This document shows positions 39,551 through 52,740 of a DNA stretch of 64,000 bases, in pieces. Positions within the stretch are counted from its first letter, which is position 1. Each line of letters opens with the position of its first letter. The position numbers were made by a program, and so were the translations under genes. The notes beneath the pieces were generated by a model. It had not been told where the DNA came from, searched no databases, and saw only the letters and a program-made list of their open reading frames with translations. The stretch comes from Haliotis rufescens (Eukaryota): assembly GCF_023055435.1 (NCBI RefSeq), contig NW_025963890.1, positions 61,876,001 through 61,940,000 on the forward strand, read 5' to 3'.

Positions 39551-39665
39551 ATTATAACAAATGATGTAGCAATTTAAGCTTATGGTATGAAATATATTCA
39601 GGAAAAAAGCAAGCGTGGCAAGAGGATGAATATTCTGAGGGCCATGTCACTCAGGGATTATGGTC
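39551..39665 (+). pseudogene. Possible highly decayed I/Nimb-clade LINE reverse transcriptase fragment
   Basis: Translates IITNDVAI*AYGMKYIQEKSKRGKRMNILRAMSLRDYG, which resembles the (YA)DDxAIW and KRLNILRAxSxxxWG motifs joined by a deletion. Confidence 0.3.
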
Positions 39666-39799
39666 TATGGCAAGGAAGTATCAGTTGATGTCTCATGTTA
39701 CACGCGGAATGAGACATGGCTTAAAAATATGCTTTGAGGTTGAGGACTTGTGGACCTATCCTGAAATACTTCACATTGTGGTTATTATTGCTGGTTACT

Positions 39800-40246
39800 C
39801 ACCTGGAAATGTCTTAACAGTCTTCATTTATCTGATTATGTCAGTAGGTTTCACCGGGGGTGGGGGGGGGTTGATTTTTAAGACCTGATTCAGTTCTCCC
39901 ATGCTAGGCGGTTGGGTAGCCTTGTGGGAAAGTGTTCGCTCATCACGCTGAAGACCCGGGTTCAATTCCCTGGAAAATGTCTTTACAGTCTTCATTTATC
40001 GAATTATGTCAGTAAGTTTCACCGCAGGGGGTTGATTTTTAAGACCTGATTCAGTTCCTCCCACGCTAGGCGGTCGGGTAGCCTTGTGGGAAAGTGTTCG
40101 CTCGTCATGCCGAAGACCCAGGTTCGATTCCTGACATGGTTAAAATATGTGAAACCAATTTCTGGTGTCCCCTGCCATGATATTGCTGGAATATTGCTAA
40201 AAGCAGCATAAAACAGCGTAAAACCATTCTCACTCACTCACTCACT
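39800..40246 (+). mobile_element. Family A SINE (40068-40246) with a tandem duplication of about 165 bp covering its 5' flank and head
   Basis: acagtcttcatttatc...aagacctgattcagttc...ggtagccttgtgggaaagtgttcgctc occurs twice. Confidence 0.88.
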
Positions 40247-40561
40247 CCTCCCATGCTGATTTGACCTACTGTTAGGTATCTGAAATGTTGCTTGCAGCAT
40301 TAAACCCTACTCACTCACTTACTCTGTATACTACATTTTAAGGCAATGTATCACACGAGAATGAGGTATATTACCGAGCAGTTGCAATTTGCATCTTGTG
40401 TTTTCTACTTGTTGTAAACAAGTCAATTAGTGCCTGTTAAGATAAGCATTGGACAGATTATCTAACAAACACACACATCCAAATCACATGCTATAGACTA
40501 ATATATTAACTAATATAAGTTGAGGCGACACATGACTATACCAGACAAAGTTTTACTTGAC

Positions 40562-40722
40562 AGCCATGGGGTAGTCAGGCTTGCTGACTTGCATGTCATA
40601 ATCCTCGTTCGGTGTAGATATTTTCTATGAATCACTGGTTTGTCTGGTCCAGACTCTGTTATGTACAGGCTGTCATAATATAGCTGGAATATTGCTGAGT
40701 GTAGTGTTAACAAACAAACAAA
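40562..40722 (+). mobile_element. Family B, 5'-truncated and diverged
   Basis: atcactggtttgtctggtccagactc...tagctggaatattgctgagt with an AAAC tail. Confidence 0.8.
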
Positions 40723-40945
40723 ACACATCAGACACCCTCTTGAGACTTATGTCTAAAGACCCATCTGCACCAATTCAGATGCTAAGAGATTCTGGTGTAT
40801 CACGCCATGATATTGCTGCAATATTGCTGAAAGCTGAAAGAGTAAATGCTAGAGGATGGGTTCAGTGAACCTTTCGGTGACACAGTACCTGTTACATTAT
40901 TTATGCAACTGCTCTAAAGGAGCATCAAAGGCTGCATCAAACTAG

Positions 40946-41159
40946 AAGATGGTACTTGTTGTTATCCTGTCTGGCTTGGAGTCAGAATACTGTGTCTGAG
41001 TGGGGTATCCATGTTATACTGCAGTGTTATACTACAGTGGGATAGCCAGGTAAAATCAGCATCAGTCCGGACTAGTAAAAGCACACTCATCCGTATGCAC
41101 ACACTAACACATCCACACACTCATGCTTTTGTTGTACAAGTGCAACCCATTTCACCTCA
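40946..41159 (+). mobile_element. Family C, 5'-truncated and diverged
   Basis: aagatggtacttgttgttatcctgtc...catcagtccggactagta...ccatttcacctca. Confidence 0.8.
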
Positions 41160-41169
41160 TGTCACCCAA

Positions 41170-41353
41170 GGGGCGGTCGGGTAGCCTAGTGGTTAAAGCG
41201 TTCGCTCGTCACGCTGAAGACCCGGGTTCGATTCCCGACATGGGTACAATGTGTGAAGCCCATTTCTGGTGTCCCCCGCCGTGATATTGCTGGAATATTG
41301 CTAAAAGCAGCGTAAAACAATACTCACTCACTCACTCACTCACTCACTCACTC
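41170..41353 (+). mobile_element. Family A tRNA SINE, young copy
   Basis: 18-bp TSD CTCATGTCACCCAAGGGG (41156-41173, 41351-41368). Confidence 0.95.
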
Positions 41354-41444
41354 ATGTCACCCAAGGGGAGTGAAGATATTGTCCCTCTGTTGAGAGTAAC
41401 TCTGACCAGCACACTCACAGCTAGGCTACCACACCAGTCAAACC

Positions 41445-44400
41445 CATCCATCCTTCCCACCCTCAATCCATCCCTCCATCCTTCCCACCCTCAATCCATC
41501 CTTCCATCCTTCCCACCCTCCATTCATCCCTCCATTCTTCCCACCCTCAATCCCTCAATCCCTCCATCCCTCCTACCCTCCATCCCTCCATCCTTCCCAT
41601 CCTCCATCCATCCCTCCATCCTTCCCACCCTCAATCCTTCCTACCCTCCATCCCTCCATCCTTCCCACCCCCAATCCATCCCTCCATCCTTCCCACCCTC
41701 AATCCATCCCTCCATCCTTCCCACCCTCCATTCATCCCTCCATCCCTCCTACCCTCCATCCCTCCATCCTTCCCATCCTCCATCCATCCCTCCATCCTTC
41801 CCACCCTCAATCCCTCCTACCCTCCATCCCTCCATCCTTCCCACCCCCAATCCATCCCTCCATCCTTCCCACCCTCAATCCATCCCTCCATCCTTCCCAC
41901 CCTCCATTCATCCCTTCATCCTTCCCACCCTCAATCCATCCTACCCTCCATCCATCCATCCATCCTTCCCACCCTCAATCCATCCATTGCAGCCATCCAT
42001 CCCTCCATCCTTCCCATCCTCCATCCATCCCTCCATTCTTCCCACCCTCAATCCATCCATCCCTCCATCCTTCCAATCCTCCATCCATCCTTCCCACCCT
42101 CCATCCATCCCTCCATCCTTCCCACCCTCAATCCATCCTTCCATCCTTCCCACCCTCAATCCCTCAATCCCTCCATCCCTCCTACCCTCCATCCCTCCAT
42201 CCTTCCCATCCTCCATCCATCCCTCCATCCTTCCCACCCTCAATCCCTCCTACCCTCCATCCCTCCATCCTTCCCACCCTCAATCCATCCCTCCATCCTT
42301 CCCACCCTCAATCCATCCTTCCATCCTTCCCACCCTCCATTCATCCCTCCATTCTTCCCACCCTCAATCCCTCAATCCCTCCATCCCTCCTACCCTCCAT
42401 CCCTCCATCCTTCCCATCCTCCATCCATCCCTCCATCCTTCCCACCCTCAATCCCTCCTACCCTCCATCCCTCCATCCTTCCCACCCTCAATCCATCCCT
42501 CCATCCTTCCCACCCTCAATCCATCCCTCCATCCTTCCCACCCTCCATTCATCCCTCCATCCCTCCTACCCTCCATCCCTCCATCCTTCCCATCCTCCAT
42601 CCATCCCTCCATCCTTCCCACCCTCAATCCCTCCTACCCTCCATCCCTCCATCCTTCCCACCCTCAATCCATCCCTCCATCCTTCCCACCCTCCATCCAT
42701 CCCTTCATCCTTCCCACCCTCAATCCCTCCTACCCTCCATCCCTCCATCCTTCCCACCCTCAATCCATCCATTGCAGCCATCCATCCCTCCATCCTTCCC
42801 ATCCTCCATCCATCCCTCCATTCTTCCCACCCTCAATCCATCCATCCCTCCATCCTTCCAATCCTCCATCCATCCTTCCCACCCTCCATCCATCCCTCCA
42901 TCCTTCCCACCCTCAATCCATCCTTCCATCCTTCCCACCCTCAATCCCTCAATCCCTCCATCCCTCCTACCCTCCATCCCTCCATCCTTCCCATCCTCCA
43001 TCCATCCCTCCATCCTTCCCACCCTCAATCCCTCCTACCCTCCATCCCTCCATCCTTCCCACCCTCAATCCATCCCTCCATCCTTCCCACCCTCAATCCA
43101 TCCTTCCATCCTTCCCACCCTCCATTCATCCCTCCATTCTTCCCACCCTCAATCCCTCAATCCCTCCATCCCTCCTACCCTCCATCCCTCCATCCTTCCC
43201 ATCCTCCATCCATCCCTCCATCCTTCCCACCCTCAATCCCTCCTACCCTCCATCCCTCCATCCTTCCCACCCTCAATCCATCCCTCCATCCTTCCCACCC
43301 TCAATCCATCCTTCCATCCTTCCCACCCTCCATTCATCCCTCCATCCTTCCCACCCTCAATCCATCCTTCCATCCTTCCCATCCTCCATCCATCCCTCCA
43401 TCCTTCCCACCCTCAATCCCTCCTACCCTCCATCCCTCCATCCTTCCCACCCTCAATCCATCCCTCCATCCTTCCCACCCTCCATCCATCCCTCCATCCT
43501 TCCCACCCTCCATTCATCCCTCCATTCTTCCCACCCTCAATCCCTCAATCCCTCCATCCCTCCTACCCTCCATCCCTCCATCCTTCCCATCCTCCATCCA
43601 TCCCTCCATCCTTCCCACCCTCAATCCCTCCTACCCTCCATCCCTCCATCCTTCCCACCCTCAATCCATCCTTCCATCCTTCCCACCCTCAATCCATCCC
43701 TCCATCCTTCCCACCCTCAATCCATCCTTCCATCCTTCCCACCCTCCATTCATCCCTCCATTCTTCCCACCCTCAATCCATCCCTCCATCCTTCCCATCC
43801 TCCATCCATCCCTCCATCCTTCCCACCCTCAATCCCTCCTACCCTCCATCCCTCCATCCTTCCCACCCTCAATCCATCCCTCCATCCTTCCCACCCTCAA
43901 TCCATCCCTCCATCCTTCCCACCCTCAATCCATCCTTCCATCCTTCCCACCCTCCATTCATCCCTCCATTCTTCCCACCCTCAATCCCTCAATCCCTCCA
44001 TCCCTCCTACCCTCCATCCCTCCATCCTTCCCATCCTCCATCCATCCCTCCATTCTTCCCATCCTCCATCCATCCCTCCATCCTTCCCACCCTCAATCCA
44101 TCCCTCCATCCTTCCCACCCTCAATCCATCCTTCCATCCTTCCCACCCTCCATTCATCCCTCCATTCTTCCCACCCTCAATCCCTCAATCCCTCCATCCC
44201 TCCTACCCTCCATCCCTCCATCCTTCCCATCCTCCATCCATCCCTCCATCCTTCCCATCCTCCATCCATCCCTCCATCCTTCCCACCCTCAATCCCTCCT
44301 ACCCTCCATCCCTCCATCCTTCCCACCCTCAATCCATCCCTCCATCCTTCCCACCCTCAATCCATCCCTCCATCCTTCCCACCCTCAATCCATCCTTCCA

Positions 44401-45190
44401 TCCTTCCCACCCTCCATTCATCCCTCCATTCTTCCCACCCTCAATCCCTCAATCCCTCCATCCCTCCTACCCTCCATCCCTCCATCCTTCCCATCCTCCA
44501 TCCATCCCTCCATCCTTCCCACCCTCAATCCCTCCTACCCTCCATCCCTCCATCCTTCCCACCCTCAATCCATCCCTCCATCCTTCCCACCCTCAATCCA
44601 TCCCTCCATCCTTCCCACCCTCCATTCATCCCTCCATCCTTCCCACCCTCCATCCATCCCTCCATCCTTCCCACCCTCCATCCATCCATCCATCCTTCCC
44701 ATCCTCAATCCATCCATTGCAGCCATCCATCCTTCCCATCCTCCATCCACCCCCATTCTTCCCACCCTCAATCCATCCATCCCTCCATCCTTCCAATCCT
44801 CCATCCATCCTTCCCACCCTCCATCCATCCATCCCTCCATCCTTCCAATCCTCCATCCATCCTTCCCACCCTCCATCCATCCCTCCATCCTTCCCACCCT
44901 CAATCCATCCCTCCATCCTTCCCATCCTCCATCCATCCCTCAATCCTTCCCACCCTCAAACCATCCCTCCATTCTTCCCACCCTCCATTCATCCCTCCAT
45001 TCTTCCCACCCTCAATCCCTCAATCCCTCCATCCCTCCTACCCTCCATCCATACTTCCATCCTTCCCACCCTCCATCCCTCCTACCCTCCATCCATACTT
45101 CCATCCTTCCCACCCTCCATCCCTCCATCCTTCCCACCCTCCATCCATCCCTCCATCCTTCCCACCCTCAATCCATCCATTGCAGCCATC
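41445..45190. repeat. Pyrimidine-rich satellite of about 3.7 kb (CCAT/CCCT/CCTT-based, core CCATCCCTCCATCCTTCCCACCCTCAAT)
   Basis: Nearly G-free on the + strand; explains the 1346-aa and 814-aa P/S/H/I ORFs. Confidence 0.97.
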
Positions 45191-46030
45191 CATCACAGAG
45201 ACATCTCGGCTGCTAACTTATTTTCTACCTGCAATAAAATATTTTTGATAGCATCCAGCTACCACTGGGTCGAATATCAAGGACAGTTTACAGGCATGAT
45301 CGCACCTTTCAGATCGTCAGAATATTACATAGAAGAAATATTTTGTAATAAATGGTTTGTGTCCTTAAACCGTAACTCATGGTTCTTGTCATAAAATCCC
45401 TTCCTTCTTTCAACAACGTCAATTGTTGTCATAAAGTTGAGCCTTACTCAGCAGCCATAAGAGCTTGCCCGACCACCAGGTGTTCCATCTTTGCCCACCC
45501 TATTTACAACCCTTTCATAATACCCTTCGTGGGTAATGGTTACTTATTAACTATCTCACACTGCAAATTCCATTGACAAAAAGGGGGTACTCTTTTCACA
45601 AAGGGGGGTAGCCAGACTTGATAGTTGTTGGTGTTAGGTGCCTTCATAAATATTCTCTGTACAAATATGTGCTGTTTATGGGGCTCGCCTCATGCTGACT
45701 CTGGAATTGGTGTTAGCTTTTCTCAGGTAATAGTGGTCATGAATGTATTATTTATGGCAATTTGACAACTAATTTATGAAGAGTGTTATTGAACATTTTG
45801 GATTGTGGAAAATGTTTTGGCGTATTCACTTGATTTTGTTGTAATGGTTTTGATATGGTTGTGTTTTTAATAGTTGGAGAAAATATATATATATTTTATG
45901 GAAAATGTGGTATGTGTCATGGTTTCATTTGTGAAGTTAAAAATGTTGGTTTTTGATCCACACAAATGTTTCTTTTCACGAAATCGGAAGTCTGCAACTT
46001 AAATGAAGAACATTTAACTGATGAGCAAAT

Positions 46031-46203
46031 GAGTGAGTGAGTGAGTGAGAGAGTGGTTTTACGCCACTTTTAGCAATATTCCAGCAATATCACGGCGGGG
46101 GACACCAGAAATGGGCTTCACACATTGTACCCATATCAGGAATTGAACCCGTGTCTTCGGTGAGACGAGCAACCCTTTAACCACTAGGTTACCCGACCGC
46201 CCC
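46031..46203 (-). mobile_element. Family A tRNA SINE
   Basis: TSD GATGAGCAAATGAG (46020-46033, 46204-46217). Confidence 0.93.
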
Positions 46204-46544
46204 GATGAGCAAATGAGAACGGGGGATAATGAAATGCAAGTCACCAGAATCTTCTGGTTTGTGTTAATGTTGATTGAGAAACTTTGTGATATGTGATGAA
46301 ATAACCTTATTTTGAATTATAGTTTCAATTTCCGCACTTTCAAAAGTAAAAAGCTCAAGTTTTATTTGATGTTTGCTTTTAAGCTATGAATAATCGATCA
46401 AAGGAACGTTTAGGTCAGTTCATTATGGCCATCAATGAAAGGTCAGCATGGCTATTCATGAGTACCTGAAACATCCTTGGAGAGTACTGTAGTTTAAAGT
46501 GTAATGGTCAGTTGATGGGGTTATTGAAGGAACTATCCTTACTA

Positions 46545-47000
46545 TAGGGCATAGTGGTCCTGGCACCTGCGTTTAGGGCATAGTGGTCCTGGCACCTGTG
46601 TTAAGGGCATAGTGATCCTGGCACCTGTGTTAAGGGCATAGTGATACAATCCTGGCACCTACGTTTAGGGCATAGTGGTCCTGGCACCTGCGTTTAGGGC
46701 ATAGTGGTCCTGGCACCTGCGTTTAGGGCATAGTGATTCAATCCTGGCCCCCATGTTTAGGGCATAGTGATACAATCCTGGCACCACTGTTCAGGTCATA
46801 GTGATTCAATCCTGGCACCCATGTTTAAGGCATAGTGATACAATCCTGGCACCACTGTTCAGGTCATAGTGATTCAATCCTGGCCCCCATGTTTAGGGCA
46901 TAGTGATTCAATACTGGCATCCATGTTTAGGGCATACTGATTCAATACTGGCATCCATGTTTAGGGCATATTGATTCATTACTGGCATCAATATTAGGGC
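46545..47000. repeat. 29/34-bp minisatellite (TAGGGCATAGTG..TCCTGGCACC..GTT)
   Basis: Tandem units in two length variants, grading from left to right. Confidence 0.93.
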
Positions 47001-47530
47001 AATGTGAAAAGTTTATGTAAGGCACACGTTGGACTTCTTCAACAACAAACTGACATACTGTGATGTCACCATATATTGTTCAAAGCAGCTTAAAACTCCA
47101 CTCACTCACTCACTCACTCACTCACTCACTCACTCACTCACTCACGATACTGAATTGTCTGGTCCAGACTCCATTGTTTATGGACAGCCGTCGTTGCGGT
47201 GTCATGCAACAATCATTCATTTTTACAAAAATTGTGTTAGACCTGGCTTGTGGAATAGCTGGACATGTTTCCCCTGTTTGCAGACACCTGGTGTCATCAC
47301 TGATTGCCACTAAACCAGTCATATAATTGCCATCCCTCCTTTCCTTTCTACGCCCAATGAAATCTGTTTGGGCAGATAATCAAGACTGATACTTCTTTTG
47401 CATTGACATTTTGAGTACAGAATATGCACAGCTAGAAAGGAATAACCCACGACAGCTATCTGGTTCATTGTTCTGGGTCCATGACATAAACAAATGTGTG
47501 TGACCGACTTAAGGCAGAACACTCACTTTG

Positions 47531-47690
47531 TTGGTGGGGTAGCCTAGTTGTTAAAGCTTTTGCTCTTCCTGCCAAAGGCCAGGGTTCTATTCCCCATATG
47601 TTCAATATGTGAACTCCCTTCTGGGTGTCCCCTGCCAGGATCATGATGGAATATTGCTAAAGCTGCCTTAAAACATAATACACTCACTCA
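47531..47690 (+). mobile_element. Family A tRNA SINE, diverged
   Basis: ggggtagcctagttgttaaagc ... ggaatattgctaaag ... actcactca. Confidence 0.8.
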
Positions 47691-47834
47691 TAAAACTTTG
47701 TCAATCCTACGTACCTATCCACCATAACTGAAGGTGCCATTAAAGTGGTAAACTGAACTGTCATTGTCATCAAATACTGGACATAGTTTTAAGTTTGTTG
47801 CAGGTAGGTTCTTGTATAGGTTTTATTTTGTTAT

Positions 47835-47991
47835 GAGTGAGTGAGTATGGTTTTCCCCTAGCAATATTCCAGCAATATCACGGAGGAGTCACCAGAAATT
47901 GACTTCACACATTATACCCTTGTCGGGAATCGAACCCGGGTCTTCAGCCTGACAAGCGAACGCTTTAACCACAAGGCTACCCGACCGCCCC
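47835..47991 (-). mobile_element. Family A tRNA SINE
   Basis: Reverse complement of the consensus, ending ctacccgaccgcccc. Confidence 0.9.
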
Positions 47992-48539
47992 TATATTTTG
48001 CTTTGAAAGAAAACAGATTCTAGATTTTATAACTGATACTTTGGTATTTGGAACCCCATCATTTACTTTTCAAGACTGATCTTGCTGATATTGCAGTTAC
48101 AAATTGCCCTTTTTGGCATTTATCACCATTATCTGGTACAGAAATAATACAGTTATTTCATGTCTGTGAACTCACGGCATTAATCAAGATAAGTGAAAAC
48201 GCATGAAAGACCTTTAGTAGACAAATTAAATGTATATCGAATTCTCAAATCTATCCCTCACATTGTTCTTTCACTAATCTCAGACAACACATTTTCATTG
48301 GCCAGGTTTTGTAGTCTAAGTACTATTGTGGTCTGTGAAAGTAGAACCAGTACTGTAACATGAAGACATTCAAAGGGCCAGAATGTGGTTGGAGTAGCCC
48401 CGTGGATGGAGTGGTAGGGCTTGACTTAAGGACCTTGATTTAACTTGCACCAGGTGCTTGTTGACATGAAAACCCAAGTTTCACAAAACAAAACCAGGTT
48501 GCATGCACACTGGTCCCATAGATATATCAAAGTTGATCA

Positions 48540-48798
48540 GGATCCAGGTTAGAATAGGTCATCAGCAACCCATACTTGCCATAAAAGGCAACTGTGCTTG
48601 TTGAAAGAGGCAACTAACGGAATCGGGTGCTCAGGCTCGCTGACTTGGTTGATGCATGTCATTGATCCCAATTGCATGGATCAATGCTCATGATATCACT
48701 CACTGGATTGTCTGGTCCAGACTCTATTATTTACAGACCGCCGTCATATGACTGGAATCATGCTGAGTGCGGTGTTAAACAACGAACAAGCAAACAAA
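48540..48798 (+). mobile_element. Family B short retroelement, double-hairpin type
   Basis: Colinear with 25016-25280. Confidence 0.88.
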
Positions 48799-49642
48799 AA
48801 CACCCTCGCGCCTGTATAACACCACAGTGATAACTGGAATACTGTTCAAAGCGACCTTAATCCCAACTCACTCACAGATAGAGACAACAATAAACATTTA
48901 CCACAGCATTCATAGATTCACATGGAATGATGTTGGATTTGGTCATTGGAAAAGAAGGGAGAAATGAAAACAAATATGTTGATGAAACCCTAGACGCATT
49001 TGTTTCTGTGGTGTTGGCTTTTATGTGCAGCCTGTTTAGCCCTCAAAGTATGTTACTTCCATGCATGATGAACTGGCCATCAAGGGACGACACAGTCCTT
49101 GTTCATTCTTATTGTTTACATCTAAATGTGTAAAAAATACCCAGGGGCCCACTTTGGGTGGGCAAGTTGATACCAGTGTCTTGACATGTACGTGATGTTG
49201 AGATTTGACAGGAAACCTATACTTGTGAACCTTTTTTTTCGAAATATTAGATGTCTAATGACTTAAATTGTTTCAATTAGTTATGACTACCAGATCACAA
49301 TGAAAATACACATTTATCATTATGTCATTGATTTAGTATCAGATTTATCTCATTTGTAACAAAACCATGCTGCCATTTTCTCTGTGAGGATGAGTTCATG
49401 TGTCTGTTAAAATATTTAGCAGACAATTTTGTTTCAGTTTGGATCTTAAAGGTCAATATATCAGTCTGTTTGAATCAAATATTCATGTAACAATTTCTAT
49501 TTATGCAAAGATTAATTTCTTCGACTTGAAATTTACTGTAGTAATGCCTTATTTAGTGGTCATGAACATACTGTTCTATTGCAGAATTCAATAATTATTC
49601 TGCTATTGAGTTTTTTTATTTTCTTAATTACTATTTAATATA

Positions 49643-49783
49643 CCTATAAAGACATTTATATCAAAATAATTACTGCTTGCTCTTTCGCCTTTTCCCCAAC
49701 CCTAACCGGGCCCCTGTTTCAAACACCTGCTTGCCACAAAGGGTAAGCGAGTGAAGCGACAGAGGCGAGTGAAGCAGGTAACC
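49643..49783 (+). promoter_or_regulatory. Possible alternative promoter and short first exon
   Basis: CCTATAAA at about 49643, abrupt AT-to-GC transition, donors GG|GTAAGC (49743) and CAG|GTAACC (49778), about 0.7 kb upstream of the signal-peptide exon. Confidence 0.3.
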
Positions 49784-50471
49784 GGCAGTGACAGAACAGT
49801 GTGAGGAGCCCAGGCTGTGTACAGAGCTTGGACAGACAGAGAGACTGCATGGCCAGCCAGTCAGCTGTGTCCACCAACTGGTCAACTAAGCTGGACAGGT
49901 GCTCTCCCACCCACTGCAGCAAGCAAGCTAGCAGTGAGGCCGGCCATATTGCCTTGCCTCTGTCAATGGGACAGTTGAGGGTGACCCAGTCAAGAGATTG
50001 ATGGCATGTTGTAACAGTATCTGTGATTGGTCAACAGACTCAGCCATAATTGCTTTGGAGTCACATGGGTATATTATGTATTTTGGAGACTCACAATAGG
50101 TACACAGCTTAGTGGTGTTGTGTGTGTTGCCTGAATATGACTGGACTCCAATGAGAGAATACATGAAATCAAGCCACCTGTACTACCTCACCTCCACATG
50201 GATTTAACACTGAGGATACTTCTCACCACGGAAATGCTTCTTTCACCCACTATAGGAGTAGCAGGCGTTTGAATCACTGTGGATATTAACGACAGGTGGT
50301 TGTGCTAGTAAAGGATACTTACAAGCAAGAGGTGACCCCAGTACCCCCCCTCCCCCCTCCCCCCCTAAACCCAAACCCTGACCCTGGTGGTCATGGTAAG
50401 GTAAATCTAATGGTCTTATATGTGTGCTGTTTTTCCAGGTAGGTGTGTGTGCCAGCATTAATGGTTGCGTT

Positions 50472-50538
50472 ATGAGGATGTATGTGTGTTTTCTGGCCGT
50501 GCTGGTGTCCGCGCTGGTCCGACGAGCCCACACGTCAG
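50472..50538 (+). CDS. First coding exon (exon 50439-50538) of a probable secreted or membrane protein; signal peptide MRMYVCFLAVLVSALVRRAHTS-, phase-1 intron follows
   Basis: CTAAT branch motif and tttttccag acceptor; ATG at 50472; basic n-region, hydrophobic core, small-residue end; GC-rich codons; donor CAG|GTGAGA. No downstream coding exon was identified in the window. Confidence 0.65.
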
Positions 50539-52439
50539 GTGAGAATATTTTCACTATTTTCTGATATAAGTTAATTACCCATTAATTACAACTGCGTGTC
50601 ACCATTTGTTTCTGGGCGACAGCTGTCATCCCCGACATTAAACAGTGCAGCATTTTGTCAATTAATGCATTAAAATGGTAAAGATTTGTAACTATTACAA
50701 AGAAAGAAACTCGAGAAGTGTTTCAAAGTCAAAATATCTTAACGCGAAACAGTTTGTGCTTAATGTGGAAGTGAAATTCTGCTGTCGGATATTATTGATT
50801 AGGTTCATCATGTCAATTACCCCAGAATTTCCCTCTACTCCTTCCTGACTTCAGTCTTCAACATCTTAAACGTGTGTTCCAAACTCATGCAACATGTTTT
50901 CTCCGACGTTTTTCTCCCAGTTTGCAATTCTGTTATGAAAATAGTCCAGAATGACATCATTGGCTCCTCAGCCTCATTTCAAATTCGTAAGAAACACCAA
51001 ATTTTCCATCAACATCAAAACAAGCTCATGCAAAGAGAATTCATTAATGAAGACAAGTTTTATCTCAGAGAGCGGAAATTCAAATCATTTGCAACATTTC
51101 TACCATCTACTTTGCCCAAGAAGCAAATAGCGAAATGCAGTTGTTCTTCTTCGTTACCATGTCTCCTGCTATTTCCCCTACAACATGTCCACCTTCTTGG
51201 CTCTTAGTGTGTTTACCATCCACAGAGATATTTGCAAACCAAGGTAAATACGCCTGTATGCGCATTATATGTTGTCGAGGCAGTCGCCGTGAGGGGAAGC
51301 TTTACTGTGTGTAAAAAGCCTAAGACTTAAATCTGACCAGTAATATTAGACTGGTGAATGTCTTTCCTTGGATGATGGCCATCATCCCTTGGTTGACTTC
51401 ATAGCGATATCCTCTGATCAATACTGATATCACAGTGTCCTACCATAATTTATAGCACTGTCCCCATTCTGATAGGACATTTTGTTTCAGAGGTGATTTA
51501 TCTTGTCTACCTTGCGACGATTGTGAACGTCTTGGTATTATGCAAAAATGATTAATTTGTTTTTATGAAAATTTATGTTTATGCCGATTTCCAGTGTTGA
51601 AAAAAGAAGAAGATAATTGTCATTTTATTTTTATGAAAAATATTCTTGGTGACTAATTGAAGCTTTGATATCTTTAGCATGGAAATACTTCATCAAGGAG
51701 TAAATAAAAATGCTAAAAGAATACCTTGTGAACTCAGGAAGATAAAAAATGATCTTTTAAATTTGGATTTTATGGTTATTGCCTTGATTATTCTTAAACA
51801 AAGACGTAGAATATGAAGATATGTTGAGGTGGCAGTTTAATGTTTTATGGACGTGTGGAGGGATTTTTCTTTGGTGGTACAATTGTGTTGAAGACAAAAA
51901 GAAGTTAATTTGTTTAAATCAGTTATGAGAGTTGTTAAATGCTGTACAAATAACACATACCCGCAGGTGATATTGATTCTTGTGACCACAAATACTGATT
52001 TTATCTTCAGCAAACGATAGTTCAAACCCATTAACTCAGCACAGTTGGGTTCAGTCATCGATTGTAAGTGTATCTCACAAACTGAAATTTCTGGCAAAAT
52101 ATGAAACTCCACATATTTGTATATCAGATACTGAGGATAAATCATACTAGTATAAGTGAGTGAGTTAACGTTTAACGTCGTCGCATCAGCATTATTTCAG
52201 CCATATAGTGACGACATGAGAGGATAAGGATATCCACTTCCCCATGACCTTTGGAGTTGGAGGAGTTGTGCTGTTAATGAGGTCAAAACATTTTATTGCT
52301 GTCTTTCAGTCAGGTGAATTGAAGCACAAACAATTCATTAAATGTCATGATATTTTAAACTATTGTTCCAACATCTCAAGTGTCAGTAAAAGAATTCGTA
52401 AAATTAAATTAATTAAAATATAAAAAGAAAAGAAAAGAA

Positions 52440-52740
52440 AAAAAGTAATGTCCTTGTTCTAAATAAGCATTTTAATACTAATGTCAGTTTCTTTAATCTC
52501 AATACAGAACATAACATCATGTCTGACACAGTTGTATAATGACTAACAAAACATCTCATAGAAATTTGTAATTTTTAAACTGAAAATCATTTTTAATATT
52601 AATTAATATAGAACAAAATAAAAATCATGTCCTTGTTCTTAATATTACACAAAACATGTTAATAATAATGTTTGTTTCTTCAATCTCAGTACAGAACATG
52701 ATATCATGTATGACAGTTGTAGAATCGCTAACAAAACACC
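52440..52740. repeat. Old tandem duplication of about 180 bp
   Basis: atgtccttgttct...aatctca.tacagaacat...ctaacaaaaca occurs twice. Confidence 0.75.

Noticed and set aside
41354-45394. 1346-aa and 814-aa Pro/Ser-rich ORFs (mucin- or extensin-like appearance)
   Set aside because: A G-free CCAT satellite lacks stop codons; several frames are open, and the start lies in a SINE TSD.
51490-51536. Candidate second coding exon (EVIYLVYLATIVNVL)
   Set aside because: The acceptor is acceptable but the donor (GTATTA) is weak and there is no supporting homology.
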